DNA of 64,000 bases from Rubripirellula sp. (lineage in GTDB: Bacteria > Planctomycetota > Planctomycetia > Pirellulales > Pirellulaceae), in contig OZ244207.1 of the NCBI GenBank assembly GCA_965216875.1, positions 8,064,001-8,128,000 on the forward strand. The letters run 5' to 3'. Below are positions 20,201 to 30,281 of this stretch, piece after piece. The notes below the pieces were generated by a model. The model saw only the letters and a program-made list of their open reading frames with translations, was not told the DNA's origin and did no database searches. A program made the translations under genes and the position numbers. Positions within the stretch are counted from its first letter, which is position 1, and every line of letters begins with the position of its first letter.

Positions 20201-21120
20201 GCCGAGACTCGCACGGTGTCTTCGACGCGTTTGTCTTCGAGTTTGGTGTACTCGGGGTAATCGAGTTGGGCGTCGGAACGTACGAGCGTTGGGAATTCAA
20301 ACACATCGACCGAGTAGGTGTCGCTTTCCCAATCGTCGGTGATGATTTGGTACGTGAAGGGTTTGTCGATCGAAGCGACGAATCCGCCAACGACGGGGTC
20401 GTCTAAGTTCTGTGTCATGGTGATGCGACGTTGGTCTCCGTCTTGGTCGACACAAATCAGTTCGGCTTGATCGGGTACCAGCTCGCGTGCGATCCCCTCG
20501 AAGCGAGCCGTGATGACGAGACTCGTTCCGCGTGCTACTTCCGTGTCGCCGGGAGTGACCGCAATGTTGATCTTTGCAGCCGAAAGGTTTGAGCTGCTGG
20601 ATCCGCCCGTTCGCGAGGTTTGTTCAGAGACGGCAAGGAGGGACAGCACGACACACATGAACGCCGTCGCCACCAAACCTGACAGCCGGCTGAGAATGAG
20701 TTTTCCGGTCGGTACAACATCGGTCCATCGATGGGTCCATGAGTGATCGCGTGCCTCGTTGATCACTCGACGTTGCAAATAGCCCAGCTGTTCCTCATTT
20801 TCCGATTGGCTAAGTGCGGTGAGTAGCCGTTGTTTCAAACTCGGAAACTGGTCTTCGATTTGTGATGCGACAAGTCTCGGGTCGCGATAGCTGAGCCGAC
20901 TGGCAACAAACGCGATCAAGAAGGCGATGACGGCACCCAGCAACATCGCAAAAGCGAGCTGAGGTCCAAGCGAAATCCCGCCTCCGCCGCGCGCGTCAAC
21001 GTAGACTCCGAGTCCTGCAAGCCCGACGACGAGAGCGATGAGACCAAGCAGTCGCCACAAACGCAGGCTTCGCAGTCGGCGTGTCACGGGGCGAATTCGA
21101 TCGGAAATGGAATCGTTCAT
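17230..21120 (-). CDS. Large membrane-anchored coiled-coil protein (DUF4175-like) with Gln-rich linker
   Basis: N-terminal TMs, DDFGV, long coiled coil, Q-rich tract, C-terminal DPVPDEYADAVRKYYESL. Start chosen at ATG 21120; the ORF is open to 21213. Confidence 0.8.
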   Translation of the reverse strand: MNDSISDRIRPVTRRLRSLRLWRLLGLIALVVGLAGLGVYVDARGGGGISLGPQLAFAMLLGAVIAFLIAFVASRLSYRDPRLVASQIEDQFPSLKQRLLTALSQSENEEQLGYLQRRVINEARDHSWTHRWTDVVPTGKLILSRLSGLVATAFMCVVLSLLAVSEQTSRTGGSSSSNLSAAKINIAVTPGDTEVARGTSLVITARFEGIARELVPDQAELICVDQDGDQRRITMTQNLDDPVVGGFVASIDKPFTYQIITDDWESDTYSVDVFEFPTLVRSDAQLDYPEYTKLEDKRVEDTVRVSAVVGTEVKWICFLNKDVISAELVSKDGSERIALEPDDASPGAYSTSIDLQETKRLTLKLVDADHRENRYPPELIARVLPNQPPKLKLSQARDVVVSPIEELLLGAEVRDDFGVARAGMSYRFSGGPIVDMTLGEEIPRGATEKLERLVEFEALEAEPDQLFAYFFWAEDFGPDGDVRRTESDMFFAEVRPFDEIFREGQPPPSGQQQQQQQQNQNGQQAEQLAELQKEIINATWTVIRAERGEQPSQDFGDNATLLKDSQSDAILQMEQLAEKIQDERSLKIVEVIRGAMTTAYDEFSNAVDGNDVDPLDPAMIAAQQAYAGLLKLRAREFEVQRRQQQQNQGQPQNRSAQRRQQQINELEIDQEENRYETQQQAQENSEQEQLQREIRQVLNRLRELARRQEDLNKELAQLQSALEQAETEEEQEEIKRQLQRLREQQQDLLRETDELAERMQQPENQQQMSDAAERLDETRENVRRASEALRENDAAEALSAGKRAEREFEEMRDEFRREAAGAFNETMRQMRSDAQELDQNQEKLSEQLANIDENDPAQGLRGTDPREEILKQLDQQREQLGELLDKMQETVEQAESAEPLLAQKLYDSYRKTRQRQVDRSLENTSELLRRGYDPQAQEFEKQAAEGLDQLREDLEEAASTVLGDETEALARALSQLERLERSLDDEIRRNDPQQGTQENAESGQPASQSNQQRGGDRPSENQQDGQQQNRQPSSQQQGGQNPNESDNPSEQSSQQQSGQPNAQQRSDSDQPQQQGQQQSSQQGQQSSQQPGQQSQQQSQQQGQQQSQQQGQQESQQQGQPSQQQGQQREGQQQQQQGQPSGQAGQQPQSQNQQQGQQPNGQPQGSQQRQSAMNQFAAENPGLASPLTGDGFREWTDGLRDVEEMVDDPELRSRAARIRDRAREMRRDYKRHSKEPRWALVDEMIATPLRELRRDVSEELLRRSADKNANVPIDRDPVPDEYADAVRKYYESLGSGR
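17620..18135 (-). repeat. Low-complexity coding repeat (QQQSQQQG-type)
   Basis: Imperfect 24-bp CTGAGATTGCTGTTGGCCCTGCTG-like units within the CDS. Confidence 0.7.
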
Positions 21121-21136
21121 CTCACTTGCTCCCAAC

Positions 21137-23332
21137 CTACGTTTGCGGTCCTGGGGCCGGTTCGGGTGTGGTGTCGGACGCTTCGTTCCCACTGCGACTG
21201 ATGACGCCGCCAAGTAGAGTTTCGAGTGCCAACAACGCGAGCGCTGCCACGAGCAACCATTGCCAAAGGCGTTGGCGTTTTTCCAGCTCGATGTCTCTCA
21301 GTTGGCGCTGTTTGGCCTGTGTTTGCTGGGTCGTTTCTTGTGCACCCAGCGTGATGCCAAAGCGTTCAAAGTCAGTGTCTGCGATCGTCTCGGTTTGGCT
21401 TTCGGATGCGGCCAGGTTGACCGCAAAACTGGACGCGAGGTCACCTTCATTGAACGTGTAGATGCCGGGTTGGTCGATCTGCGATGCGTCGGCGTCGGTT
21501 TGGAATTCGAAGGCTGCGCCCGAGGGACGCGTGATCGTCGCCAAATCGGAGGGGGAGTGGTTGATCGATTCCCCGACCGCAAAGCTCGTTGATTGGTCTT
21601 GGGAATCTGTTGTGTCGAACAGACGGAAGATCAACGGTACAAATTTGGTTGAAAGGGCGAGCTGGCTTTCCGATGGTTGCCATCCAGTACCAAGCACCCA
21701 GAGTCGCCCGCCAGCGCGTTGCTCATCGACCGTCCATTCAATGAGTGCGGGGTCGCCATCATCAAAATGGCAGAGAACGTTCCAACTGGAATCGAGGTCT
21801 TTGATTTGACGATGTGACCAGATTCGGATCTTGGTGAAGTCGTTGAATTGGGGATCTGCCATTGTCGCAAAGACAGGATGTGCGAAATCGATGCGTGAAA
21901 ACATCACGTAGTCGTCAATTTCTGCTTCCGCAATCACCAGCGGTTTTGCTTGCGGAGCGTCCGGGTCCGCGTCGTCGCGTTCTACTTGAGTCAACGAACC
22001 AATGCTGATCGCGTGGTCGGAACCCTTGCCCGCTGAAGTCAAGACATAGAGAACGCGTCCGCCTCGATTGATGTATTCACGAAGTCGCTCCGTGACGTCC
22101 GAGGACAGTGGCGTGGCGACAACGATCAGCGGTGTTTTGACTGGATCAGGAGTTTGTGTAAGTTGATTGGGTTCAGCCGATTCGACGGTGACGATTCGTT
22201 GTGAATTGTTCCAGGGCACGCGTTGCAGGTAGTACAACAGGCTCTCACGCGGTTGGCCTGAGACCGAACCCAAATAGAGCAGTTTCAGTTCCCTTTGCTT
22301 TGGACTGACAAGGTAGCGAACGTTGTCGAACGAATGATCGTCGCCACTGAGAACAAGGGAGTCGATTCCCGGTGTCGGGCTTGGCATGCGAATGACACGG
22401 GACTGGCCTGGGGGAACTTGGACGGGCAGTTCCGCTGCTTGCGAAGACGCTTCACCACTGGCATTTGCCCATCGCAACCGAAACCTCGAGTCCGTGGAGT
22501 CGGCTGCGTTGCTGATTCGCACACGCACCTTCGTCTCGTCTTCTCCCTCAGCCTTGATTCGCTCCGAGAGAAGTTGAGCGGATGCGTTGGTTCGCTCTTT
22601 AGGAACGACCTTCTTGATGTCGAGACGCATTTTTTCGGGCCACTCAAACACTTGCAGGCTTTCGAGTTGGCTGCCGGCTTGCATGTCGGTGATCAGGATC
22701 ATGTGGGCTGGACCGCTGCCAAGCTTCACCGCGTCTTCCGGAGCATCTTCGCTTTGCGGCGGCGTGTGCGCAGTCGCGAGGTCGGCTGCAAAGGAGATCG
22801 CCTTTCCCGTTTCCGTGGCAAGCCAAGTCGGCGTGGTTTCCTTGAGCAGACGTTTGACCGATGCCTTGCGTTGGGGCAGCGCAAGCTCGGCCGATTGTTC
22901 GAACCCGAGGAGGGTGCGTGGTGCTTGGTCAAACGTGACCAACGCGATTTGGTCGGCTGCTTGAAGATCGTCGATCACTTCTTCGGCGTGATCGAGCGCT
23001 TGTTGCCAAAGCCCAGCCCGCTGCATGCTGGCGCTGGTGTCAACGACCAGCACCATGCGTCGCGCGGGAACGTCCGAGTCGGATAACGCGGCCGTTCGCA
23101 AGAAAGGCCGAGTGAAAGCGGCCGCTAACAACAGTAACGCCAAGGCTCGGATCAGCAGTAGCGGCCAGTTGTCGAGGCGGCTTTTTCGCGTCAGCCTCGG
23201 GGGCGTCGGCTGCAGGAACATCAGCGAACTGAATTCAACTTCGCCCTTGGGTCGCCGGCGAATCAAGTGGAAGAGGATCGGTAAGCCAATCGCCAATGCG
23301 CCGGCAAAGTACAGCGGTGCAAGCAAACTCAC
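21137..23332 (-). CDS. BatA N-terminal + vWA domain protein
   Basis: LPILFHLIRRR...FSSLMFL...LLLIRAL...AFTRP; VVDTSASM (MIDAS); LITDMQ; C-terminal TM. Confidence 0.9.
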   Translation of the reverse strand: MSLLAPLYFAGALAIGLPILFHLIRRRPKGEVEFSSLMFLQPTPPRLTRKSRLDNWPLLLIRALALLLLAAAFTRPFLRTAALSDSDVPARRMVLVVDTSASMQRAGLWQQALDHAEEVIDDLQAADQIALVTFDQAPRTLLGFEQSAELALPQRKASVKRLLKETTPTWLATETGKAISFAADLATAHTPPQSEDAPEDAVKLGSGPAHMILITDMQAGSQLESLQVFEWPEKMRLDIKKVVPKERTNASAQLLSERIKAEGEDETKVRVRISNAADSTDSRFRLRWANASGEASSQAAELPVQVPPGQSRVIRMPSPTPGIDSLVLSGDDHSFDNVRYLVSPKQRELKLLYLGSVSGQPRESLLYYLQRVPWNNSQRIVTVESAEPNQLTQTPDPVKTPLIVVATPLSSDVTERLREYINRGGRVLYVLTSAGKGSDHAISIGSLTQVERDDADPDAPQAKPLVIAEAEIDDYVMFSRIDFAHPVFATMADPQFNDFTKIRIWSHRQIKDLDSSWNVLCHFDDGDPALIEWTVDEQRAGGRLWVLGTGWQPSESQLALSTKFVPLIFRLFDTTDSQDQSTSFAVGESINHSPSDLATITRPSGAAFEFQTDADASQIDQPGIYTFNEGDLASSFAVNLAASESQTETIADTDFERFGITLGAQETTQQTQAKQRQLRDIELEKRQRLWQWLLVAALALLALETLLGGVISRSGNEASDTTPEPAPGPQT

Positions 23333-24324
23333 GTTGCACCTCCCGATCGGCTGGCACCTGAAATCATTCCAGCGCGACTTGGCCCACCACTTCGACGTTG
23401 CTGGACCGACACCACATTGAATAATGCGTTCTCGAGCGGTTCGTCGGTACGCATCATGAACAGGTCAACGCCAAGTGCGTCGCACGTTGCTTGAATCTGT
23501 TTCTGATGTTCTTCAAACCTCTCGCGGTACGACTCTCGCGCGGCATCCGGGTCGAGATAGATTTCACGACCCGATTCCATGTCGACCACCATGCTTGGCG
23601 ACTCAAGATGGAGCTCAAGCTCGGAGGGGTCGAGTGTTCTCAGGATCATCACTTCGTGGCCACGCGATCGCAAGTAGGCAAGGTTGGTACGAAGCGTTTC
23701 GATCGACGCAAGCAGATCGGAAACCAGGATGATCAATCCGCGACGACGCACGAGTGATGCGATCTGTTTGAGCGGCGTGTCGATGTCGGTCCCCGTTCCT
23801 GCGACGGGACGCGAAAGAGACACGAAGAGTTGGCGTAGATGTCCTGGGCGATTGCGGGCACTGATGAAGTCGCCGATTTCTTGGTCGAACGTCAACAGGC
23901 CGATGCTGTCTCGTTGAAGCGTCAAGTAATAGGCGATCGTAGCAACCAGTGTTCTGGCATATTCGATCTTTGCATAGTCGAGCGATCCGAATCCCATCGA
24001 TTTGCTTTGGTCAAAAACCAAATAGCAACGACGATTCGTTTCGTCTTCGAATTGTTTGATGTAGTAGCGATCGGTTCGTGCAAAGAGCTTCCAATCGAGC
24101 GACCTCAGGTCATCGCCCACCGTGTAGGGTCGGTATTCACTGAATTCGACCGAAAACCCGTGATACGGACTACGATGCAGTCCGTTGTAGAAACCTTCGA
24201 CAATCGCTTTGGCGCGAAGTTGCAGGTTCTTGATGCGCATCACAGCAAGCGGATCGATATCGGCAACACGCGACGATTTGTCGGTTGGGGTGCTGGTTCG
24301 ATTGGGTGATGCGTTGCTCGCCAT
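23329..24324 (-). CDS. DUF58 domain protein (MoxR partner)
   Basis: GLHRSPYHGFSVEFSEYRPYTVGDDLRSLDWKLFARTDRYYIKQFEDET; DQSKSM. Confidence 0.93.
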   Translation of the reverse strand: MASNASPNRTSTPTDKSSRVADIDPLAVMRIKNLQLRAKAIVEGFYNGLHRSPYHGFSVEFSEYRPYTVGDDLRSLDWKLFARTDRYYIKQFEDETNRRCYLVFDQSKSMGFGSLDYAKIEYARTLVATIAYYLTLQRDSIGLLTFDQEIGDFISARNRPGHLRQLFVSLSRPVAGTGTDIDTPLKQIASLVRRRGLIILVSDLLASIETLRTNLAYLRSRGHEVMILRTLDPSELELHLESPSMVVDMESGREIYLDPDAARESYRERFEEHQKQIQATCDALGVDLFMMRTDEPLENALFNVVSVQQRRSGGPSRAGMISGASRSGGAT

Positions 24325-25337
24325 CAGTTCGCTTGTGTTGGCACGGTCGACAGCAGTTGGTCGATCACATTTTCGATGGTGACGCCTTCTGCTTCCGCCT
24401 TGTAGCTAAGCAGGACTCGGTGGCGAAGTGTGGGGTGGGCCAATGCGCGTATGTCGTCGATGCTGACGTGGGCTTGGCCGGTGAGGAGTGCGCGTGCTTT
24501 GGCGCCCAGCACGAGCGTTTGTGCGGCACGCGTTCCGGCACCCCAGCTAACCCATTGATTGACAAAGTCGGCAGCCCCCTCGCGGCCAGGGCGTGTCGCC
24601 GCTGAGAGTCGAACAGCATACGCCGCTGTTTCTTCTGCAATCGGTACTTTGCGCACCGCTTCGTGGAAACGAAGCACATCTTCGCCGGAAAAGAGCGGTT
24701 CAATCGGTTCCGGTCGACTTGAGGTCGTTTGCATGACAACTGCAAGCTCATCTTGAGGCGGCAAGTAGTCGATCAGAACGTTGAAAAGGAACCGGTCAAG
24801 CTGTGCTTCGGGAAGCGGGTAGGTGCCTTCCATTTCGATGGGGTTTTGGGTCGCCAAAACGAAGAAGGGCTCTTCAAGTGGATAACGCCGGCCGGCTGCA
24901 GTGACTTGATGCTCCTGCATCGCTTCAAGCAGCGCCGCTTGCGTCTTTGGAGGCGTTCGGTTGATCTCGTCAGCCAGAATCACGTTGGCGAAAATGGGAC
25001 CTTTGACGAATTGGAGTCGCCTTCCGCCCTCTTCGGTTTGCTCCAAGATCTCCGTGCCGGTGATGTCGGCGGGCATCAGGTCGGGTGTGAACTGGATGCG
25101 TTGAAAGTTGAGGTGGAAGATCTTGGCAACGCTGCTGACAAGCAACGTCTTGGCGAGCCCCGGCGCGCCGGTGATCAAACAGTGTCCTCCGGCGAACAAG
25201 CAGATGAGCAGCTGTTCGATGACATCGTTTTGCCCCACGATCACCTTCGACAACTCGCGCGTGATTTGGTCTCGACCGGTTCGGATTTGTTCGACAATGC
25301 GAGCTTCTTCTTCGACGGACATCGTTTCGGCAGACAT
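24324..25337 (-). CDS. moxR: MoxR-family AAA+ ATPase
   Basis: GAPGLAKT, RIQFTPDLMPAD, LADEINRTPPKTQAALLEAM, ATQNPIEMEGTYPLPEAQLDRF. Confidence 0.96.
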   Translation of the reverse strand: MSAETMSVEEEARIVEQIRTGRDQITRELSKVIVGQNDVIEQLLICLFAGGHCLITGAPGLAKTLLVSSVAKIFHLNFQRIQFTPDLMPADITGTEILEQTEEGGRRLQFVKGPIFANVILADEINRTPPKTQAALLEAMQEHQVTAAGRRYPLEEPFFVLATQNPIEMEGTYPLPEAQLDRFLFNVLIDYLPPQDELAVVMQTTSSRPEPIEPLFSGEDVLRFHEAVRKVPIAEETAAYAVRLSAATRPGREGAADFVNQWVSWGAGTRAAQTLVLGAKARALLTGQAHVSIDDIRALAHPTLRHRVLLSYKAEAEGVTIENVIDQLLSTVPTQAN

Positions 25338-25427
25338 AGGCAATCAGGAATTCAGGATCAGCGGTTCAGAATCGATGGACGTGTAATGACGATTGTTTGG
25401 GGCGGCGGCATCGTTCCGCCACGGTGA

Positions 25428-26267
25428 CTAATGGGTCATCGCGTAGGTCACGATGTTGATGCCCATTGGGTACGCTTTTTTGACGGAGTATTCATCGAAA
25501 TACCATTGTTGTTCACCTTCGCGTTCCCAGCCGTCACCCAGGTCGGTGTTGTGGCAAATGAACACCATGATGCGATCGTTGTCATCGGTGATGGCGCGGT
25601 AGTGAGCGACACTCGTGTCACTTCCATCACGTGACCACTCGAAAGACTGTCCGCGACTTGCGCCACCCAACGCGGGGACTTGCGGCTTCTCTTTCATGTC
25701 GTAGACACAGTGGAAGATCTCGTGTGAAAGCGGGACTTCGAAAGGATCGCGATCGGGAAAGACTCGCTTGAGTTCGCGACGCAGGTTCTCGTATTGGCTG
25801 TCGCCCCAAAAATCGTCGACCATGAGGAAGCCGCCATTGAGACAGTACTTGCGCAGGGCGTCGATTTCGTCGCCGTGAAAGACGAGCGCACCGGGTTCGA
25901 TGATGTAAATGAACGGGTAGTCAAACAATTCGGGATCAGTCAGACGCAGCACGATCGGTTCTGGGTTGACCTTGAGCGAAGTGAGTTGCTGGAGTCGTAG
26001 CGAGAAATTCAAGTCGCTGTCACGCCAATCGGTTGCCCAACCCCCACCACCGCGGCCGTAGCCACCGTAGGAGTCGTATTGAATACGGACAAACGTGAAC
26101 GTGTCTTTTTCAAAGGCCGGGTCAATCTCCCAGTCCGGAACACCATTGCGATCATTCGGGTCTTGACGACGCCAGCGTTGGGCGGTCGCCACACTGGCGA
26201 TCAGCACAAAGCAGGCCGCGAAACCGAATTGCAGCCAACGTTTGGCCAACATCCTGGGCATGGTCAC
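25428..26267 (-). CDS. DUF4159 domain protein, secreted
   Basis: FTFVRIQY, WATDW, LFDYPFIY, LRKYCLNGGFLMVDDFWG, HNTDLGDGWE, MGINIVTYAMTH. Confidence 0.85.
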   Translation of the reverse strand: MTMPRMLAKRWLQFGFAACFVLIASVATAQRWRRQDPNDRNGVPDWEIDPAFEKDTFTFVRIQYDSYGGYGRGGGGWATDWRDSDLNFSLRLQQLTSLKVNPEPIVLRLTDPELFDYPFIYIIEPGALVFHGDEIDALRKYCLNGGFLMVDDFWGDSQYENLRRELKRVFPDRDPFEVPLSHEIFHCVYDMKEKPQVPALGGASRGQSFEWSRDGSDTSVAHYRAITDDNDRIMVFICHNTDLGDGWEREGEQQWYFDEYSVKKAYPMGINIVTYAMTH

Positions 26268-28948
26268 TGTGCTTCCTCCGGTTGTTCGACGTCCTCATCC
26301 GAGGAGGCTTGTTTCGTCGCCGTCTCGGGTTCGGGCGCTTCATCACTTGCCGCTTCATCTTCGACGTCAGTTTCCGAGGACTGGGCCTCGATGGTAAGCA
26401 GCAAACGCAATGCGTCTCGGTAACGCGGGGCGACTTCGAGCGCATTGAGGACATGTTGTTTGGCGAGGTCGACGTTGCCAAGTTCCGATTGTGCTTGTGC
26501 GATTCGAAATTCGATGGCCGCGGGGTCGACCGGATCCATCGCCGCCATCGATTGCAGGGACCGCACGGCTGGTTCGTGTTGGCCCATCGCGCTGGCCGCG
26601 CTCGCGAATGCTTGGTGGCCGTCAGGGAGCAGCGGTTGAATGGCGAGGTATTTCTCGGCGTACTCCAACGTCTTTTCCCAGTTCTCTTCCTCGACCGACA
26701 ATTCGATCAAGCGACGTAGTGTTGGCAATGGATCGCTGGAAAGGGTTGCGATGCGATCAAGGGTGTCACGCTCCGCTTTGGTGTCGTCGAGGTTTCGATA
26801 GACAACCGCGAGCATCTCGAGTGGGCCACCACGCACGCCGGTTACCGCATCGAGTTGGACGAGTGCTTCAAGATGTGGTTTCGCGAGGTCGAATTGCTCG
26901 GCGGTAATGAAGGCGTCGGCGAGACCGCGAAGACCCCAGTAGTTGGTCGGATGATTCTTGACCCACTCGACAAGCTCTTGTGGTTTCGGTTGCTCGGGAA
27001 GTTCGTCTCGGGACCAGTCGGCTTTCGGTGCAAAGTCATCGGCAACTTTGCGGGCATAGTCTTTGAACTGGCTGTCGAGTTTATCCACCGAGCCAACGTT
27101 CTTTGCCAATGCATCGTTGATGGCAAGCCCATCGCCGAGGTCAACAAGGATCTGTTTCAACGCATCCATGCCGTACTTGTCAACGATGAATTCGACGACC
27201 AACGACGACTCGTAGTAAGCGAACTGAAGATGAATCGGCGAAGGCGGATTCATGAACGCGCCACTGAGTTGACTTACGGGTGGCAGGTCGTCGGCCAGCA
27301 ACATCTCGCGATAACGGGGCGTCATCTTCTCGCCCCACGACGCGTCCCGTTGGCGTTCTTCGTAAACGGAGATGCCCTCACTAAGCCAACGTGGCATTCG
27401 GTTGCGCGTCTTTTCGAGCGTGACGACGTGACAGAATTCGTGCCACAACACGCTTTTCCAATTTGCCGGACGCTCACCCTGTGATGCCGGACTGTTGGCG
27501 GTGATCACGCGTCCGAAACAAACACCGAGGTAGCCTGCTCCGCCCGGCAGACCGAAGGTGCGAATGGCAAAGTCCTTTTGCTGAGGGAAGATCTCGACGA
27601 CGATCGGTTCGGTCGGCTGCATGTCGTACTTGGTACACAGGACCTGTTTGGCTTCGGTGAGAAGATCGAGGACATCCTGTCCGTAGATTTCTGCCTCGAC
27701 CGATTCCATTCGAACAAGGATGTCATCCTGCTCGAGAAGTTTGAACTTTGCGACACGATCTCGAAGCGTTGCCAAGTTGTGGGCAACCACGTTGTAGGGG
27801 TCTTCATCGGCCACCGTGCTGGCAAGTTGCCAACCGACGGTGTCATGGCCGAGACGCAACAGGTCTTGAGCAAGCTCGAAGCGTGCGGGAGTGAAACTGG
27901 GGTCGAGTTCAAGTGCCTTGCGTTGGTACTCGGCGGCTTGTGCGAAACGGTATTTTCGCGAGAGCTTTTTGCCAATCAGGTGATCGACCTGCGGGTTATC
28001 ACTCCAGGTGCTTAGTGCAGCGGCCCGCATGAGTTTTTCGATTTCGTATTTGCCACGCAGGTGTGCGAGGACGGCGAGCAGTGCCCAAGCGTTTTGATCG
28101 TGGGCGTTGATCGTCAAAATGTGATCGATTTTCTCTTCGGCGTCATCGTACGCTTCCCGGTCGATTAACGTTTCCGCTTGCAGCAGCAGACTCGGGATGT
28201 GGTTTGGATTGATCGAAAGTGCGTGATTGAGAGCGGCGGTTGCTTTCTCGGAATCCGAAGGTTGCCAGGCACGCGCTAGCAGGTAGGAAATGCGAGCGTC
28301 ATTAGGATCGGTTTGCTGTGCGTCTTGCAGCGTGTCGGCTGCGACTTTGAAGTCGCCCTTGTCGAGTGCCAGTTCGGCCGTTGATAGATAGGCTTGAATG
28401 AATGTCGGATCGGCATTGCGAACGCGATCAAAGAAGAGGTTCAAGACTTTCTTGGCGTCTTCACCCTTACTGGCAAAATAGCGACCCGCTGCGATCAGGT
28501 TGTCTCGGCTTGCGAATCGACTGGTTGAACTTTGCAGCAGCAGAAAGAACTGGCGATCGGCTTCGGCAGCTTCCTCGGGAAGGTTGTTGTGCCGCAGGAC
28601 GTCGATTCCCTGGAGTCGCAGCGTCAAGCTCATCGGGTAACGCCCGATCGCGTCGAGATACGTTTTCTTGGCGTCGGCGTATTGGCCGGTTGCCATTTGG
28701 CATTTGATTAAGAGCCTCGGCCAACGCTCATTCCAAATCCCTTCTTCCACTTGGCTGGCAGCGACTTCGGTCGCTTCGTCGTATTTGCCAGTTAGAAACT
28801 TGCTCTCGGTGTCTCGAAAGTCGGCGGCATGAATGGGGGAATTGCCAACCATCACAGCAAGGATGGTTAACAACCCACCGAGTGCCCAACAGCGCAAAGG
28901 GAGAGCGACGAACAGAGGAGTGCGTGGGGCCAAAGGCGGGAGCTCCAA
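26264..28948 (-). CDS. TPR-repeat protein with peptidase MA-like (HExxH) domain
   Basis: Multiple TPRs; VLWHEFCHV ... PRWLSEGISVYEE ... AYYES. Confidence 0.85.
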   Translation of the reverse strand: MELPPLAPRTPLFVALPLRCWALGGLLTILAVMVGNSPIHAADFRDTESKFLTGKYDEATEVAASQVEEGIWNERWPRLLIKCQMATGQYADAKKTYLDAIGRYPMSLTLRLQGIDVLRHNNLPEEAAEADRQFFLLLQSSTSRFASRDNLIAAGRYFASKGEDAKKVLNLFFDRVRNADPTFIQAYLSTAELALDKGDFKVAADTLQDAQQTDPNDARISYLLARAWQPSDSEKATAALNHALSINPNHIPSLLLQAETLIDREAYDDAEEKIDHILTINAHDQNAWALLAVLAHLRGKYEIEKLMRAAALSTWSDNPQVDHLIGKKLSRKYRFAQAAEYQRKALELDPSFTPARFELAQDLLRLGHDTVGWQLASTVADEDPYNVVAHNLATLRDRVAKFKLLEQDDILVRMESVEAEIYGQDVLDLLTEAKQVLCTKYDMQPTEPIVVEIFPQQKDFAIRTFGLPGGAGYLGVCFGRVITANSPASQGERPANWKSVLWHEFCHVVTLEKTRNRMPRWLSEGISVYEERQRDASWGEKMTPRYREMLLADDLPPVSQLSGAFMNPPSPIHLQFAYYESSLVVEFIVDKYGMDALKQILVDLGDGLAINDALAKNVGSVDKLDSQFKDYARKVADDFAPKADWSRDELPEQPKPQELVEWVKNHPTNYWGLRGLADAFITAEQFDLAKPHLEALVQLDAVTGVRGGPLEMLAVVYRNLDDTKAERDTLDRIATLSSDPLPTLRRLIELSVEEENWEKTLEYAEKYLAIQPLLPDGHQAFASAASAMGQHEPAVRSLQSMAAMDPVDPAAIEFRIAQAQSELGNVDLAKQHVLNALEVAPRYRDALRLLLTIEAQSSETDVEDEAASDEAPEPETATKQASSDEDVEQPEEAQ

Positions 28949-29213
28949 CGGGAACCGAAGCTAGAAACCCTATTCTAGCGTGGGCGTCCACTAGCGTGGG
29001 GCACACCAGCACGACACCGAATGCAGGATTCAACCGCATCGAAGTCGTAGAGTTCCGCAAAAGAACGCGAAACCGGCGATCAATCGCGGATTTGCCCGCT
29101 GGCGATTCATGAAATGTTTGGTGCCCAACGGGACGTGGATCAGAGCGTAAACTGGTGCGCTGTGAGCAAATTTGTACCATTTCGTAATGCGACATACTTA
29201 AGGCACCAGTGAC

Positions 29214-30281
29214 GTGACAATCAATCTCGTGCGACGCCAATGCGTTGCAGCTTTCGTTTTGTGTGCGACCGTGATGGCTCAGCTGAATTCGCCTATCGAT
29301 GCCCAGGAACCCAACGCGGCGGAGGAAAAAACGTTGCGTATTGGGATCATTGGTTTGGACACTTCGCATGTTCCGGCATTCACCGGAGCGTTCAATCAAC
29401 AGCCGCCCGATCCGACCATGCAAAACTGCCAAGTGGTTGCAGCCTACCCACACGGCAGCCCTGACATCGAATCGAGCACCAGTCGCATTCCCAAGTACAC
29501 CGCCGAGGTGAAAGAGAAATGGGGATTGGAAATCGCCGATTCGATCCCAGAACTGCTTGACGATGTCGATTGCATTTTGCTTGAAACTAATGATGGCCGT
29601 CCGCACTTGGAACAGGCGCTGCAGGTTTTCGAAGCGGGCAAACCGGCCTTTGTCGACAAGCCAACCGGATCGAACCTTGCCGAGGTTGTCGCGATCTTTC
29701 GAGCAGCGAAGCACTACAACGTGCCGATGTTTTCCAGTTCTTCGCTGCGTTACAGCGAGGGGGCACAGGCCATCCGAAATGGCAAGGTTGGACGCGTTCT
29801 CGGTTGCGACGCTTACAGTCCCTGTTCGCTCGAGAAGACGCATGTCGATTTGTTTTGGTATGGCATCCACGGTGTCGAGTCGTTGATGACGTGTATGGGC
29901 ACCGGATGCGAAAGTGTCACGCGGACGTCGACCGATGACTTTGAACTCGTGGTTGGAAAGTGGTCGGACGGGCGTCTGGGAACCTTCCGTGGTTTACGTG
30001 ACGGGAAAAAGGGGTACGGTGGCACGGCATTTGGTGAAAAAGGGATCGAGCCGATCGGCCCCTATGGTGGCTACAAGCCGTTGGTTCAACAGATCGCGAC
30101 CTTTTTCCGAACGCGAGTTGTCCCTATCGAACCGAAGGAAACCATTGAGTTGTACGCATTCATGCAAGCCGCACAGGTCAGCAAAGAACGCGGCGGTGTG
30201 CCGGTGACCATCGCAGAAGTAATGAAGCAAGCCGAGGCCGAGGCGACAAAGCTGCTCGAAGGCAAGTTGAAAGGACGCTAA
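29214..30281 (+). CDS. Gfo/Idh/MocA family oxidoreductase with signal peptide
   Basis: RIGIIGLDTSH, DGRPH, GKPAFVDKP, FSSSSLRY, FWYGIHGVE. Confidence 0.9.
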   Translation: MTINLVRRQCVAAFVLCATVMAQLNSPIDAQEPNAAEEKTLRIGIIGLDTSHVPAFTGAFNQQPPDPTMQNCQVVAAYPHGSPDIESSTSRIPKYTAEVKEKWGLEIADSIPELLDDVDCILLETNDGRPHLEQALQVFEAGKPAFVDKPTGSNLAEVVAIFRAAKHYNVPMFSSSSLRYSEGAQAIRNGKVGRVLGCDAYSPCSLEKTHVDLFWYGIHGVESLMTCMGTGCESVTRTSTDDFELVVGKWSDGRLGTFRGLRDGKKGYGGTAFGEKGIEPIGPYGGYKPLVQQIATFFRTRVVPIEPKETIELYAFMQAAQVSKERGGVPVTIAEVMKQAEAEATKLLEGKLKGR

